Below, one piece after another: positions 11,463 to 21,850 of a stretch of DNA of 32,000 bases. The stretch comes from Cupriavidus necator. Lineage in GTDB: Bacteria; Pseudomonadota; Gammaproteobacteria; Burkholderiales; Burkholderiaceae. The notes under the pieces are model-generated. The model did no database searches and was not told where the DNA came from. It worked only from the letters and a program-made list of their open reading frames with translations. The stretch covers positions 2,790,001-2,822,000 of the forward strand of contig NZ_CP066018.1 of the NCBI RefSeq assembly GCF_016127575.1, written 5' to 3'. The translations under genes and the position numbers were made by a program. How positions within the stretch are numbered: the stretch's first letter is position 1; every line of letters begins with the position of its first letter.

Positions 11463-12233
11463 ATGAACCTTGACGCCTTGCAGCAACGACTCGGCTACCG
11501 ATTCAGCAAGCCCGAATTGCTGCAACAGGCGCTGACGCACCGCAGCCACAGCGCCCAGCACAACGAACGCCTTGAATTCCTGGGCGATTCGGTGCTCAAC
11601 TGCGCCGTGGCCGACATGCTCTATGGCATGTTCGGCAAGCTCGACGAGGGCGACCTGTCGCGCGTGCGGGCCAACCTGGTCAAGCAGCAGGCCCTGTACG
11701 AGATCGCCCAGATGTTGCAGCTGTCCGACACGCTGCGCCTGGGCGAGGGCGAACTCAAGAGCGGAGGCTTCCGCCGTCCGTCCATCCTCGCCGATGCGCT
11801 CGAAGCGATCGTCGGCGCGGTCTTCCTCGACGCCGGCTTCGACGCCGCGCGCGCGCTGATCCGCAAGCTCTATATCCCGATCCTGGAGCAGGTCGACCCG
11901 CGCACGCTGGGCAAGGACGCCAAGACCCTGCTGCAGGAATACCTGCAGGGCCACAAGATCGCCCTGCCGCAATATAACGTAATCGCCACACACGGGGCCG
12001 CGCACAGCCAGCAGTTTGAAGTCGAGTGCACGGTGCCTAAACTGGAAGTCCGGGTGTTTGGCACCGGCGCCTCGCGGCGCGCTGCCGAGCAGGCCGCCGC
12101 CAAGCTGGCGCTGGACGAAGTCCAGAAGCTGGTGCCGCAGCTGCTCAAGCGCAGCCGCGCCGAGCGCACCGGCAAGACCCGCAAGCAACCCGTGCCGCAG
12201 GACCCACAGCTGTCTCTCAGGTTGAAGGAATGA
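11463..12233 (+). CDS. rnc: Ribonuclease III
   Basis: The RNase III signature is [14 protein letters not shown]-terminal dsRBD follows ([11 protein letters not shown]...F..EC.V...G.G.SRR.AEQ.AA). 256 aa. Confidence 0.97.
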   Translation: MNLDALQQRLGYRFSKPELLQQALTHRSHSAQHNERLEFLGDSVLNCAVADMLYGMFGKLDEGDLSRVRANLVKQQALYEIAQMLQLSDTLRLGEGELKSGGFRRPSILADALEAIVGAVFLDAGFDAARALIRKLYIPILEQVDPRTLGKDAKTLLQEYLQGHKIALPQYNVIATHGAAHSQQFEVECTVPKLEVRVFGTGASRRAAEQAAAKLALDEVQKLVPQLLKRSRAERTGKTRKQPVPQDPQLSLRLKE

Positions 12234-13168
12234 CCGAATCTACCCATCCGCAGCAAGACGCGGCGGATACCCCGGCCGCGGCGTTCCGCTGCGGCACCGT
12301 GGCCATCGTCGGCCGCCCCAACGTGGGCAAGTCCACGCTGATGAACGCGCTGGTCGGCCAGAAGATCAGCATCACCTCGCGCAAGGCGCAGACCACGCGC
12401 CACCGCATCGTCGGCATCCAGACCACGGATGACGCGCAGTATGTGTTCGTCGACACGCCGGGCTTCCAGACCCGCCACGCCAGCGCGCTGAACCGTTCGC
12501 TGAACCGCGCGGTCACGTCCACGCTGTCGTCGGTGGACCTGGTCCTGTTCGTGGTCGAGGCCGGCTACTACGGCGCCGACGACGAGAAGGTGCTGTCGCT
12601 GCTGCCGAAGAACACGCCGGTGCTGCTGGTCGCCAACAAGCTGGACCGCGTCAACGGCGAGAACCGCCTGGAAGTGATGATGCCCTTCCTGGAAAAGATG
12701 GGGCAGCAGTTCCCGTTCCGCGAAGTGGTGCCGATGACGGCCAAGACCCACGACCATATCGCGCGCCTGTTCGAGATCATCCGGCCCTACCTGCCGGAAG
12801 GCGAGCCGATGTACGACGCCGACGCCATGACCGACCGCAGCGAGCGCTTCCTGGCCTCGGAGATCATCCGCGAGAAGGTGTTCCGCTGGACCGGCGACGA
12901 GCTCCCGTACACCAGCACCGTGATCATCGACAAGTTCGAGACCGAAGGCCGCCTGCGCCGCGTCTTTGCCACCATCCTGGTCGAGCGAGACGCGCACAAG
13001 GCCATGATCATCGGCAACAAGGGCGCCAAGCTCAAGCAGATCTCCACCGAGGCGCGCCTGGACATGGAAAAGCTGTTCGACGGCAAGGTCTACCTGGAAA
13101 TGTGGATCAAGGTGAAGAGCGGTTGGGCCGACAACGAAGCAGGGCTGCGCGCGTACGGCTACGAGTGA
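12230..13168 (+). CDS. era: GTPase Era
   Basis: G1 [10 protein letters not shown]3 DTPG, G4 NKLD, plus a C-terminal KH domain ([12 protein letters not shown]). Overlaps the rnc stop by 4 nt. Confidence 0.97.
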   Translation: MTESTHPQQDAADTPAAAFRCGTVAIVGRPNVGKSTLMNALVGQKISITSRKAQTTRHRIVGIQTTDDAQYVFVDTPGFQTRHASALNRSLNRAVTSTLSSVDLVLFVVEAGYYGADDEKVLSLLPKNTPVLLVANKLDRVNGENRLEVMMPFLEKMGQQFPFREVVPMTAKTHDHIARLFEIIRPYLPEGEPMYDADAMTDRSERFLASEIIREKVFRWTGDELPYTSTVIIDKFETEGRLRRVFATILVERDAHKAMIIGNKGAKLKQISTEARLDMEKLFDGKVYLEMWIKVKSGWADNEAGLRAYGYE

Positions 13169-13187
13169 GCACAACAGCGAGCGACCA

Positions 13188-14081
13188 GTGAGCAAGACGG
13201 CTGACATCGCGCGCGCGCCGGCGCCGGCGCCACGGTCCCGCCGCGCCGACCCCGTGGTCGACGAGGCCGCCGAACTGCTCGACAGCAGGGCGCTGCCCGG
13301 CATGGCCGACGCTGCCGCGCGCGCGATGATGGATCGTGCCATGCGCATCGTGCCGGCCCGGCCCGAGTCGCGCGTGGCCGAGCAGCCCGGCTTTGTGCTG
13401 CACGCCTGGCCGTATCGCGAGACCAGCCTGATCCTGGACCTGTTCACGCGCGACTACGGCCGCATCTCGATGGTGGCCAAGGGCGCCAAGCGCCCGCACT
13501 CCGCGTTGCGTGCGGTGTTGCAGCATTTCCACCCGGTCTCGGTGTCATGGAGCGGCCGCGGCGAGGTCAAGACCCTGACCAAGGCCGAGTGGGTCGGCGG
13601 CATGCCGCCGCTGGCCGGCGATGCGTTGCTGTCGGCGTTCTACCTGAACGAGCTGCTGATGCGCTTCTGCCCGCGCGAGGATGCGCATCCGGCCTTGTTC
13701 CGCCATTACCTGACGACGCTGACGCGGCTGGCGCACGGCGAGCAAGCCGGGCTGGTGCTGCGCAGCTTTGAACGCGTGCTGCTGCAGGAAACTGGCTTCG
13801 CGGTTGCCTTTGACCAGTGCCTGAGCACCGGCGAGCGGGTCCAGCCGGGCCTGGACTATGTCTACCAGCCAGAGCGCGGCGTGCGCCGCGCGCAGCCGAG
13901 CGACCCGTCGTCGTGGCCGGTGGTGACCGGCCAGACCCTGCTGGACATGGCGCAGGACGATTACAGCCGCGCGCAGACCGCCGCGCAAAGCCGCGCGCTG
14001 ATGCGGTTCCTGCTGCATTATTATCTGCAAGGCGCGCCGCTGAAGACGCGCCAGATTCTGATCGACCTGCAGTATCTCTGA
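13188..14081 (+). CDS. recO: DNA repair protein RecO (start codon uncertain)
   Basis: The conserved core starts at [36 protein letters not shown]. The upstream 50 codons keep high GC3, so the GTG at 13188 is retained. In-frame ATGs up to 13341 are alternatives. Confidence 0.88.
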   Translation: MSKTADIARAPAPAPRSRRADPVVDEAAELLDSRALPGMADAAARAMMDRAMRIVPARPESRVAEQPGFVLHAWPYRETSLILDLFTRDYGRISMVAKGAKRPHSALRAVLQHFHPVSVSWSGRGEVKTLTKAEWVGGMPPLAGDALLSAFYLNELLMRFCPREDAHPALFRHYLTTLTRLAHGEQAGLVLRSFERVLLQETGFAVAFDQCLSTGERVQPGLDYVYQPERGVRRAQPSDPSSWPVVTGQTLLDMAQDDYSRAQTAAQSRALMRFLLHYYLQGAPLKTRQILIDLQYL

Positions 14082-14122
14082 CCGACTCAAGAACCATCCG
14101 ACTTACTCCTGCACCTGCTCGC

Positions 14123-14905
14123 ATGATCTTCCACGCAAATCCGGGCGTCATCGACCTTGGCGTCAATATCGACCACGTCGCCACGCTGCGCAACGCGCGC
14201 GGCACCGTGTACCCCGATCCCATCCGTGCCGCGCTGCTGGCGGAACAGGCCGGCGCCGACCTGATCACGCTGCACCTGCGCGAAGACCGCCGCCATATCC
14301 GCGATGCCGACGTGCGCGCGCTGCGCCCGCAACTGGCCACGCGCATGAACCTGGAATGCGCGCTCACGCAGGAGATGCTCGACATCGCCTGCGAGATCCG
14401 TCCGCAGGACGTATGCCTGGTGCCGGAGCGCCGCGAGGAAGTGACCACCGAGGGCGGGCTCGATGTGGCCGGGCGTTTCGAGCAGGTCAAGGCGGCGTGC
14501 GCGCAGCTGGCCGGTGCCGGCATCCGCGTGTCGCTGTTCATTGATGCCGATGCCGACCAGATCGCCGCGGCGGCCGCGTGCGGCGCGCCGGTGATCGAGC
14601 TGCATACCGGCCGCTATGCCGATGCGCATACGCCCGATGAGCAGGCGCTCGAGTTCCGCCGCATCGCCGATGGCGTCGATGCGGGCCAGAAGCACGGCCT
14701 GGTGGTCAACGCCGGCCATGGCCTGCACTACACCAATGTGCAGCCGATCGCCGCGCTGCCCGGCATCAAGGAGCTGAACATCGGCCACGCGATCGTGGCG
14801 CATGCGGTGTTCGCGGGCTGGGAGAACGCGGTGCGCGAGATGAAGGCCATCATGGTCGCCGCGCGCCTGGGCACGCGCTATCCTGCCGCGGGCGCGCCGG
14901 CGTGA
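14123..14905 (+). CDS. pdxJ: Pyridoxine 5'-phosphate synthase
   Basis: [41 protein letters not shown] and NAGHGL are PdxJ hallmarks. The ATG at 14123 is chosen within the longer track ORF 13817..14905. Confidence 0.95.
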   Translation: MIFHANPGVIDLGVNIDHVATLRNARGTVYPDPIRAALLAEQAGADLITLHLREDRRHIRDADVRALRPQLATRMNLECALTQEMLDIACEIRPQDVCLVPERREEVTTEGGLDVAGRFEQVKAACAQLAGAGIRVSLFIDADADQIAAAAACGAPVIELHTGRYADAHTPDEQALEFRRIADGVDAGQKHGLVVNAGHGLHYTNVQPIAALPGIKELNIGHAIVAHAVFAGWENAVREMKAIMVAARLGTRYPAAGAPA

Positions 14906-15324
14906 TCTACGGCGTCGGCACCGACATCATCCAGATCGCCCGCGTGCAGGGCGTGATGGAACGCACCAACGGCCGTTTCGCCGAGAAGGTGCTGGGCCCC
15001 GATGAGCTGGCCAAGTACCACGCGCGCAAGGCGCGCTCCGAGAAGCGCGGGCTGGCCTTCCTGTCCACGCGCTTCGCTGCCAAGGAGGCGTTCTCCAAGG
15101 CCATTGGCCTGGGCATGCGCTGGCCGATGACGTGGCGCGCCATGGAGCTGATGAACCTGCCGTCCGGCGAGCCCACGCCGATATGCCATGGCGAGCTGGC
15201 CGCATGGCTGGCGGAACGCGGGCTCTCCGTGCGGGTCAGTGTCAGTGACGAGCACGACTTTGCCGTCGCCTTCGCCATTGCCGAGCGTGCGGGCGGGGCG
15301 GCTTCCCAACCTACAGCCTTGTGA
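14902..15324 (+). CDS. acpS: Holo-ACP synthase (4'-phosphopantetheinyl transferase)
   Basis: N-terminal [24 protein letters not shown], and C-terminal [15 protein letters not shown]. The GTG start overlaps the pdxJ TGA (GTGA). Confidence 0.93.
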   Translation: MIYGVGTDIIQIARVQGVMERTNGRFAEKVLGPDELAKYHARKARSEKRGLAFLSTRFAAKEAFSKAIGLGMRWPMTWRAMELMNLPSGEPTPICHGELAAWLAERGLSVRVSVSDEHDFAVAFAIAERAGGAASQPTAL

Positions 15325-16388
15325 ATCCAACAACTTCCATGTCCAAGAAGAACTCTGGCAAGCGGCCGGGCCCGGTGGTCCTCGACGTCGTCGGCAAGCA
15401 GCTCGACGCGGAGGACTTGCGCCGCATCGCGCATCCGCTGACCGGCGGCGTGATCCTGTTCGCGCGCAATTTCGAGTCGCGCGCGCAACTGCAGGCGCTG
15501 ACGCGCGCCATTCGCGCGGTGCGAGACGACGTGCTGATCTGCATCGACCATGAGGGCGGGCGCGTGCAGCGCTGCAAGACCGACGGCTTCACCCACCTGC
15601 CGGCGATGCACTGCCTGGGCGAGCTGTGGGAGCGCGACGTGCTGGCCGCGACCAAGGCCGCCGTGGCCTGCGGCTATGTGCTGGCCGCCGAACTGCGCGC
15701 CTGCGACATCGACCTGAGCTTCACCCCGGTGCTGGACCTGGACTACGGCCGCAGCGCCGTGATCGGCGACCGCGCTTTCCACGCCGATCCGCGCGTGGTG
15801 TCGATGCTGGCCGGCCACCTGAACCATGGCCTGCTGCTGGCCGGCATGAGCAACTGCGGCAAGCACTTCCCTGGCCACGGCTATGTCGAGGCCGATTCGC
15901 ACGTGGCGATCCCGGTCGACGAGCGCTCGCTGGACGAGATCCTGGAGCAGGATGCGCGCCCGTACGAGTGGCTGGGCCTGTCGCTGTCGTCGGTGATGCC
16001 GGCGCACGTGATCTACCCCAAGGTCGACCCGAACCCGGCCGGCTTCTCGCGCTACTGGCTGCAGGACGTGCTGCGCGCCCAGCTGGGCTTCGAGGGCGTG
16101 ATCTTCAGCGACGACCTCAGCATGGAAGGCGCCAGCGTCGTCGGCAATGTCACCGAGGCCGCGCGCGCCGCGCTGACCGCGGGCTGTGACATGGTGCTGA
16201 TCTGCAACCACCCGGAGCGCGCCGACCAGTTGCTGACCGAGCTGGACGTGGGCATCGACAAGACCTCGCAGCGCCGCATCCGCAAGCTGTTCGCGCGCAG
16301 GAAGCCGCTGGACTGGAACAAGCTGCACCAGGAGGGCGAGTACCGCGCCGCGCTGCGCACGCTGAAAGAGCACGACCTGATCGCCTGA
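15321..16388 (+). CDS. nagZ: Beta-N-acetylhexosaminidase (peptidoglycan recycling)
   Basis: GH3 NagZ motifs: [27 protein letters not shown] and SDDLSMEGA. The GTG at 15321 overlaps the acpS stop. The ATG at 15339 (MSKKN) is an alternative start. Confidence 0.92.
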   Translation: MNPTTSMSKKNSGKRPGPVVLDVVGKQLDAEDLRRIAHPLTGGVILFARNFESRAQLQALTRAIRAVRDDVLICIDHEGGRVQRCKTDGFTHLPAMHCLGELWERDVLAATKAAVACGYVLAAELRACDIDLSFTPVLDLDYGRSAVIGDRAFHADPRVVSMLAGHLNHGLLLAGMSNCGKHFPGHGYVEADSHVAIPVDERSLDEILEQDARPYEWLGLSLSSVMPAHVIYPKVDPNPAGFSRYWLQDVLRAQLGFEGVIFSDDLSMEGASVVGNVTEAARAALTAGCDMVLICNHPERADQLLTELDVGIDKTSQRRIRKLFARRKPLDWNKLHQEGEYRAALRTLKEHDLIA

Positions 16389-16404
16389 ACGGGGCCGCGT
16401 GCAC

Positions 16405-16440
16405 AAACAAAAAGGGCAGCCGAGGCTGCCATTTTTGTTG
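16405..16440. terminator. Bidirectional rho-independent terminator between convergent nagZ and efp
   Basis: CAAACAAAAAG-GGCAGC-CGAG-GCTGCC-ATTTTTGTTG. A GC stem is flanked by an A-tract on the left and a T-tract on the right. Confidence 0.6.
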
Positions 16441-16476
16441 ACCGGCCCCGCGCTGAGGCGGGGTGAGGCAAGCGCC

Positions 16477-17037
16477 TTAGTTGGCGCGGCTGCGGTATTC
16501 GCCGGTGCGGGTGTCGATTTCGATCTTGTCGCCGATGTTGCAGAACAGCGGCACTTGCAGCTCGAAGCCGGTGTTGATCTTGGCGCCCTTGAGCACCTTG
16601 CCCGACGAGGTGTCGCCCTTGACCGCCGGCTCGGTGTAGACGATCTCACGGACCAGCGTGGTCGGCATTTCAACCGAGATGGCCTTGTCGTTGTAGAACA
16701 CCACTTCAACGTTCATGCCGTCTTCGAGGTAGTTCAGCGAGTCGCCCATGCTGTCCTTCTCGACTTCGTACTGGTTGTAGTCGGCGTCCATGAACACGTA
16801 CATCGGGTCAGCGAAGTACGAGTAGGTGCATTCGCGGCGCTCCAGCACCACAACTTCGAACTTGTCGTCGGCCTTGAACACCGACTCGCCCGGTGCGTCC
16901 GTCAGCAGGTTCTTGTACTTCATCTTGACCACAGCGGCGTTGCGGCCCGACTTGTTGTATTCGGCCTTCTGCACGACCATCGGATCGCCGCCGATCATGA
17001 ACACGTTACCGACGCGGAGTTCCTGTGCGATTTTCAT
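16477..17037 (-). CDS. efp: Translation elongation factor P, Arg32 (EarP-dependent) subtype
   Basis: 186 aa. The modification loop reads [12 protein letters not shown] with Arg at position 32, where the lysine of the E. coli type would be. earP lies directly upstream. Confidence 0.97.
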   Translation of the reverse strand: MKIAQELRVGNVFMIGGDPMVVQKAEYNKSGRNAAVVKMKYKNLLTDAPGESVFKADDKFEVVVLERRECTYSYFADPMYVFMDADYNQYEVEKDSMGDSLNYLEDGMNVEVVFYNDKAISVEMPTTLVREIVYTEPAVKGDTSSGKVLKGAKINTGFELQVPLFCNIGDKIEIDTRTGEYRSRAN

Positions 17038-17249
17038 CTGAACTGTTTTCCTGAAATAGAAAGTAGGAATTTGGAATGGCGAAGGCGCGCTGCCGGCATC
17101 ACCTGCGGTGAGCCTGTGAGCCCCAACGAGAGGCGTTCACGCGCTCGCGACCCCGTGCTCAGCTTGCATTCAGGTCTTCGCCCAGTGTCGGTCTGACGCC
17201 TGGGAAAGGCCCTGGTTCTCCGGCCCAGGTCGCCATTTGAATCAACCGA

Positions 17250-18407
17250 TCATTTTACCCGATTTTCGCAAAACGCCACCAGGTTGGCGGCAAGATCGCC
17301 AGGATGCTGCAAACGCCGCTCCCAGCGCGCTGCGATCGCGGCAAGTGCCGGCAGGTGCGCACGCAGACGCGGCCAGTCCACGGCATTGCCGTAGCCGTTC
17401 CAGGCGTGCCAGAAGTCCGTCAGCGCGGCGGCTGCTTCCGGCGCCACGCCGCCCTGGCCGAACAGGTCGAGCCAGGCGTCCAGCTTGACCCGGTGCGCGG
17501 CATCGTCCTGCGGGTAGATATGCCACACCAGCGGCCGCGCCGCCCATTGCGCGCGCACGAAGGAATCCTCGCCGCGCACGAAGTTCAGGTCGCAGGCCCA
17601 CAGCAGTTCGTCAAAGTGCTCCTGGCGTACGAAAGGGATCAGCTGCAGGCACAGGCTGCCGCGTTCCACCGGGTCGCCAATCCGCAGCGGGGCACCCAGC
17701 CATTCGGCGACCTGGTCCGCGGCCAGGCCTGCGGGCACCAGGCAATGGACCGCCTCGGCGGCATCGCGCCACTGCTCCAGCAGCGCGGGCAGGGCCGGGT
17801 TGCGGTAGGCAAACAGGCTCACGCGCAGCGCATCGGGCCGGGGCGTCACGCTCAGCCGGTGCCACAAGGCCGCCTGGGCAGCCGTGCCGCCGAGGAAGGC
17901 GGCGCGCTGCGCGCCCAGCATCGATTCCCGCAGCAGGCCGCCGGTGCCGGGCTCGAAGCCGGGGAAGAAGAAATGCTTCACCAGCGGCAGCCGGGGATGG
18001 GGCGAGGGCATCGCATGGTGCTCCCGTACCCAGGGCTCGGCGCTCAGGTATTCCAGGTTGATCCAGGCGGGTTTGGGGTCACGCGCGGCCATGCGGGCCA
18101 GGAAGGCTTGCGGCACATCACAGGCGAAGGCTTCGATGACGGCATCGTGTGGCTCGACCCCGGCGGTGTCATCCACGCTGTCGCCACCCGGCCGCCACGG
18201 ACGGATCTCCACGCCCGCCAGGCGCTGCACCGTGGCGCCGGTATCGAGTTCCGGCGCCAGCCGCGCGAAGCTGGCCAGGTCATCGACCCACAGCCGCACC
18301 GCGTGCCCGTGTTCCTGTGCGAGCTGGCGTGCCAGCCGCCAGCAGACGCCGATGTCGCCGAAATTGTCGATCACGGTGCAGAAGATGTCCCAGGAGCGGA
18401 TAGGCAT
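17250..18407 (-). CDS. earP: EF-P arginine-32 rhamnosyltransferase
   Basis: The N-terminus MPIRSWDIFCTVIDNFGDIGVCWRLARQLAQEHG is the EarP (DUF2331) signature. About 385 aa. I chose the start at the ATG at 18407. The 81-codon upstream extension in the track ORF would run across the uvrC start. Confidence 0.85.
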   Translation of the reverse strand: MPIRSWDIFCTVIDNFGDIGVCWRLARQLAQEHGHAVRLWVDDLASFARLAPELDTGATVQRLAGVEIRPWRPGGDSVDDTAGVEPHDAVIEAFACDVPQAFLARMAARDPKPAWINLEYLSAEPWVREHHAMPSPHPRLPLVKHFFFPGFEPGTGGLLRESMLGAQRAAFLGGTAAQAALWHRLSVTPRPDALRVSLFAYRNPALPALLEQWRDAAEAVHCLVPAGLAADQVAEWLGAPLRIGDPVERGSLCLQLIPFVRQEHFDELLWACDLNFVRGEDSFVRAQWAARPLVWHIYPQDDAAHRVKLDAWLDLFGQGGVAPEAAAALTDFWHAWNGYGNAVDWPRLRAHLPALAAIAARWERRLQHPGDLAANLVAFCENRVK

Positions 18408-18513
18408 GGCGGGTGAGGGGCGGGCGGGGCGCGCGCTGAATTGCTCTAAACTTGCGATTTTAGAGGCCATGCCGTTTTGATGCGCGCAGGCCGTGTAGCG
18501 GTCACCGTCCCCA

Positions 18514-20559
18514 ATGTCCGACCAGCAACCCGATTCCCCAAATCCCGCCGACGAAGTTCCGGCCGAAGCGGCGGCCGCCCGGCCAGCCGAGGTGACTGCC
18601 GAGGCGGCTGCTGAAGCGCCGCCGGAGCCGTTCGACCCGCGCCCGGTCATTTCCCGCCTGCCCGGCCTGCCGGGCGTGTACCGCTATTTCGACGCGGCAG
18701 GCAATGTGCTGTACGTGGGCAAGGCGCGCGACCTGAAGAAGCGGGTGTCGAGCTACTTCAACAAGACCCAGTTGTCGCCGCGTATTGCGATGATGGTGGC
18801 GCGCATTGCCCGCATCGATACCACGGTGGTGCGCACCGAGGCCGAGGCGCTGCTGCTCGAGAACAACCTGATCAAGGCGCTGGCGCCGCGCTATAATATC
18901 CTGTTCCGCGACGACAAATCGTACCCGTTCCTGAAGCTGACCGGGCACCGCTTCCCGCGCATGGCGTACTACCGCGGCGCCACCGACCGCAAGCATCAGT
19001 ACTTCGGGCCGTTCCCGAGCGCCTATGCGGTGCGCGAGAGCATGCAGATCCTGCAGAAGGTGTTCCAGCTGCGCACCTGCGAGGACACCGTCTTCAACAA
19101 CCGCACGCGGCCGTGCTTACTGCACCAGATCCATCGCTGCACCGGTCCGTGCGTCAACGCCATCAGCGAAGAGGACTACGCGCGCGACGTCGCCAATGCG
19201 GCGCGCTTCCTGCAAGGCCGCCAGACCGAGGTGCTGGAAGGCCTGCAGGGCAAGATGGAACAGCACGCCGAGCGGCTGGAGTTCGAGCAGGCCGCGGCCG
19301 TGCGCGACCAGATCGCGGCGCTGTCGACCGTGCTCAAGCGCCAGGCGGTGGAAGAGGTAGGCGGGCAGGCGCGCGACATCGACGTGCTGGCCGTCGCCGT
19401 GGAGGGCGGGCGTGCCTGCGTCAACCTGGCCATGGTGCGCGGCAGCCGCCATCTGGGCGACAAGGCCTACTTCCCGGCCCATGCCGACGAAGCGGCGATG
19501 ATCGTCGAGGATGCCGATGAGCGCGAGGATGACAGCGCCGCCGCCGCCGCGCCGCCGCTGACCGTCGACCGCATCGCCACCCGGGTGCTGTCGGCCTTCA
19601 TGGTGCAGCACTACCTGGAGCAGCCGGCGCCGCCCATCATCGTCGTCAGCCATGCGCCGGACGATGCCACGGTGCTCGAGGCGCTGACGCTGCACGCCGG
19701 GCGCAAGGTCACGCTGGTGCGCCAGCCGCAGGGCCAGCGCAAGGTCTGGCTGGAGATGGCGCAGCAGGGCGCCGCGCTGGCGCTGTCGCGCCGGCTGGCC
19801 GAGCAGGGCAGCCAGGAGGCGCGTACGCGCGCGCTGGCCGAAACCATCGGGCTGGACCTGGAAGACCTGGCGCTGCTGCGCGTGGAATGCTTTGACATCA
19901 GCCATACCGCCGGCGAGGCCACCCAGGCATCGTGCGTGGTGTACCACCACCACGACATGCAGAACAGCGAATACCGCCGCTACAACATCCAGGACATCAT
20001 TCCCGGCGATGACTACGCGGCCATGCGCCAGGTGCTGACGCGGCGCTACCAGAAGCTGGTCGAGCAGATCCAGGAAGACGGCGGCATGGAGGCCGGCAGC
20101 GAAGCCGCGGCGCAGGTGCCGCAGATCGTGCTGATCGACGGCGGCAAGGGACAGGTCGAGGTGGCACGGCAGGTGTTCGAAGAACTCGGGCTGGATATCG
20201 GCCTGCTGGTCGGCGTGGCCAAGGGCGAGGGCCGCAAGGTCGGCCTGGAGACGCTGGTGTTCGCCGATGGCCGTCCGTCGCTGGAACTGGGGCAGGGCAG
20301 CGCCGCGCTGATGCTGGTGGCGCAGATCCGCGACGAGGCGCACCGCTTTGCCATCACCGGCATGCGCGCGCGCCGCGCCAAGACGCGCACCACCTCGAGG
20401 CTGGAAGAGATCGAGGGCATCGGCGCGCGCCGGCGCCAGAAGCTGCTGACCCGCTTCGGTGGGCTGCGCGGCGTGATGGCCGCCAGCATCGACGAACTGG
20501 CCAGCGTCGAGGGCATTTCACGCGGCCTGGCCGAAGAGATCTACCGGCAGTTGCACTGA
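18514..20559 (+). CDS. uvrC: Excinuclease ABC subunit C
   Basis: GIY-YIG domain ([29 protein letters not shown]...YN), a UVR domain ([14 protein letters not shown]), an endonuclease domain, and a C-terminal HhH ([13 protein letters not shown]). Confidence 0.97.
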   Translation: MSDQQPDSPNPADEVPAEAAAARPAEVTAEAAAEAPPEPFDPRPVISRLPGLPGVYRYFDAAGNVLYVGKARDLKKRVSSYFNKTQLSPRIAMMVARIARIDTTVVRTEAEALLLENNLIKALAPRYNILFRDDKSYPFLKLTGHRFPRMAYYRGATDRKHQYFGPFPSAYAVRESMQILQKVFQLRTCEDTVFNNRTRPCLLHQIHRCTGPCVNAISEEDYARDVANAARFLQGRQTEVLEGLQGKMEQHAERLEFEQAAAVRDQIAALSTVLKRQAVEEVGGQARDIDVLAVAVEGGRACVNLAMVRGSRHLGDKAYFPAHADEAAMIVEDADEREDDSAAAAAPPLTVDRIATRVLSAFMVQHYLEQPAPPIIVVSHAPDDATVLEALTLHAGRKVTLVRQPQGQRKVWLEMAQQGAALALSRRLAEQGSQEARTRALAETIGLDLEDLALLRVECFDISHTAGEATQASCVVYHHHDMQNSEYRRYNIQDIIPGDDYAAMRQVLTRRYQKLVEQIQEDGGMEAGSEAAAQVPQIVLIDGGKGQVEVARQVFEELGLDIGLLVGVAKGEGRKVGLETLVFADGRPSLELGQGSAALMLVAQIRDEAHRFAITGMRARRAKTRTTSRLEEIEGIGARRRQKLLTRFGGLRGVMAASIDELASVEGISRGLAEEIYRQLH

Positions 20560-20662
20560 GCGCGCGGGGCCGCGCGGTGGGAAATTGACCAGTGATGGTC
20601 GATTGGTCCGGAAATCGGCGACAATCGCAAGATTGGTTACCGTCCCCCGCCGCCCGAGTTCC

Positions 20663-21262
20663 ATGCCCTTCAATTTCCCGATCCTGCTGACCTGGCTTCG
20701 CGTCGCCATGATTCCCCTGGTGGTTGGCGTGTTCTACCTGCCCGACGCGTGGTTGCCGATGCACGCCAAGAACCTGACGGCGGCGTCGTTCTTCATCATT
20801 GCCGCGGTCACGGACTGGCTGGACGGGTTCCTTGCGCGGCGCTGGAACCAGACCTCGTCGTTCGGGGCCTTCCTGGATCCGGTCGCCGACAAGCTGATGG
20901 TGACGGCAGCGCTGCTTTCGCTGCTGGCACTGGGCCGGGTCACGGACCTGATCGCGCTGGTGATCATCGGGCGCGAGATCACCATTTCGGCTCTGCGTGA
21001 ATGGATGGCGCAGATCGGCGCTTCCAAGAGCGTCGCGGTGAACTTCCTCGGCAAGCTCAAGACCACGGTGCAGATGGTGGCGATCCCGCTGCTGCTGTAC
21101 AGCGACCGCCTGTTCGGCTTCGATGCCCACCTGCTCGGCACGTGGATGATCTACGTGGCGGCGGTGCTGACGCTGTGGTCGATGTTCTATTACATGAAGC
21201 TGGCCTGGCCGCAAATCCGCGAGCGCAGCGGGATGGTGGCGCGCGCCGGCGCGCAGAAATGA
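20663..21262 (+). CDS. pgsA: CDP-diacylglycerol--glycerol-3-phosphate 3-phosphatidyltransferase
   Basis: The CDP-alcohol phosphatidyltransferase motif is DWLDGFLARRWNQTSSFGAFLDPVADK. Multiple TM helices. The ATG at 20663 (MPFNFPILLTWLR) is chosen inside the longer track ORF. Confidence 0.93.
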   Translation: MPFNFPILLTWLRVAMIPLVVGVFYLPDAWLPMHAKNLTAASFFIIAAVTDWLDGFLARRWNQTSSFGAFLDPVADKLMVTAALLSLLALGRVTDLIALVIIGREITISALREWMAQIGASKSVAVNFLGKLKTTVQMVAIPLLLYSDRLFGFDAHLLGTWMIYVAAVLTLWSMFYYMKLAWPQIRERSGMVARAGAQK

Positions 21263-21282
21263 AAAGAATTTTTGAAAAGGTG

Positions 21283-21311
21283 TTGACGGCGAGAGCAGTT
21301 CTTTGCATAAT
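21283..21311 (+). promoter_or_regulatory. Strong sigma-70 promoter of the tRNA-Gly/Gly(/Cys) cluster
   Basis: TTGACG - 17 nt - CATAAT, preceded by an A/T-rich UP-like stretch (GAAAAGAATTTTTGAAAAGG). About 120 nt upstream of the first tRNA. Confidence 0.6.
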
Positions 21312-21433
21312 CTCATTCTCGTTGCTGACGACACAAACGAAAGCAGCGAGATAAGGTGGGTTTAGCGCAAGATGTTGTGAGATAGTAGCGTGTTGCGGCA
21401 TAAAACACCTTATTGGAATTCGGTAGTGCCCCT

Positions 21434-21509
21434 GCGGGAGTAGCTCAGTTGGTAGAGCGCAACCTTGCCAAGGTTGAGGTCGCGAGTTCGAGACTCGTCT
21501 CCCGCTCCA
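21434..21509 (+). tRNA. tRNA-Gly (anticodon GCC)
   Basis: 76 nt. Acceptor GCGGGAG/CTCCCGC, anticodon loop TTGCCAA, T-loop TTCGAGA, encoded CCA. Confidence 0.95.
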
Positions 21510-21569
21510 GGTTAAAGAAGGTCCGGCAGCGTGCTTGCGCGGTGCGGGGCTGGCAGTAAAAAGTTGTAT

Positions 21570-21645
21570 GCGGGAGTAGCTCAGTTGGTAGAGCGCAACC
21601 TTGCCAAGGTTGAGGTCGCGAGTTCGAGACTCGTCTCCCGCTCCA
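21570..21645 (+). tRNA. tRNA-Gly (anticodon GCC), identical second copy
   Basis: 76/76 nt identical to 21434..21509, separated from it by a 60-nt spacer. Confidence 0.95.
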
Positions 21646-21651
21646 ATCCCC

Positions 21652-21680
21652 AAAGGGAAGCACCGCTTCCCTTTTTGTTT
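21652..21680 (+). terminator. Hairpin plus T-tract after the second tRNA-Gly (terminator or processing hairpin)
   Basis: AAAGGGAAGC-ACC-GCTTCCCTTT followed by TTGTTT. Confidence 0.4.
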
Positions 21681-21765
21681 GGGTTGAATCGCCGCAAGAC
21701 ATTGCCGGAAGCTGCGCTCCGGCAGCATCGGCTGAATGCGGATACAATCCAGCAGCACGTCACCT

Positions 21766-21839
21766 GGCGGGGTGGCAGAGTGGTTATGCAGCGGCCTGCA
21801 AAGCCGTGTACGCCGGTTCGATTCCGACCTCCGCCTCCA
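21766..21839 (+). tRNA. tRNA-Cys (anticodon GCA)
   Basis: 74 nt. Acceptor GGCGGGG/CTCCGCC (one G-T pair), anticodon loop CTGCAAA, T-loop TTCGATT, encoded CCA. The T stem has one C-A mismatch as I read it. Confidence 0.85.
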
Positions 21840-21850
21840 GTTGCATGCAG

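Noticed and set aside
14907-16709. 600-aa minus-strand ORF antisense to acpS and nagZ, running into efp.
   Set aside because: It is a shadow ORF. It would cross the bidirectional terminator at 16405-16440 and overlap efp out of frame. No recognisable domain.
17304-18416. 370-aa plus-strand ORF antisense to earP. Likewise 19117..20343 (-) antisense to uvrC, 28322..29350 (+) antisense to exbD/exbB, and 30721..31758 (-) antisense to the AAA+ gene.
   Set aside because: All are Arg/Gly/His/Gln-rich shadows of strongly supported genes on the opposite strand.
18408-18650. 81-codon N-terminal extension of the earP ORF. Similar 5' extensions in the track: 4146-4388 (rseA), 4700-5014 (rseB), 5925-6236 (degP), 13817-14122 (pdxJ), 20585-20662 (pgsA), 22063-22233 (antiporter), 26887-27027 (GlcG-like), 28037-28153 (hemP).
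   Set aside because: The extensions overlap upstream genes, terminators or promoters. For example, the earP extension covers the uvrC start, the hemP extension begins upstream of its own Fur-box promoter, and the GlcG extension spans a terminator. The family-conserved N-termini begin at the internal start codons I used.
21259-21354. 31-codon ORF (MKRIFEKVLTARAVLCIISFSLLTTQTKAAR) whose ATG overlaps the pgsA stop (ATGA).
   Set aside because: It coincides exactly with the UP-element, -35, -10 and leader of the tRNA promoter. The AT-rich composition is explained by promoter function. There is no SD other than the overlap.
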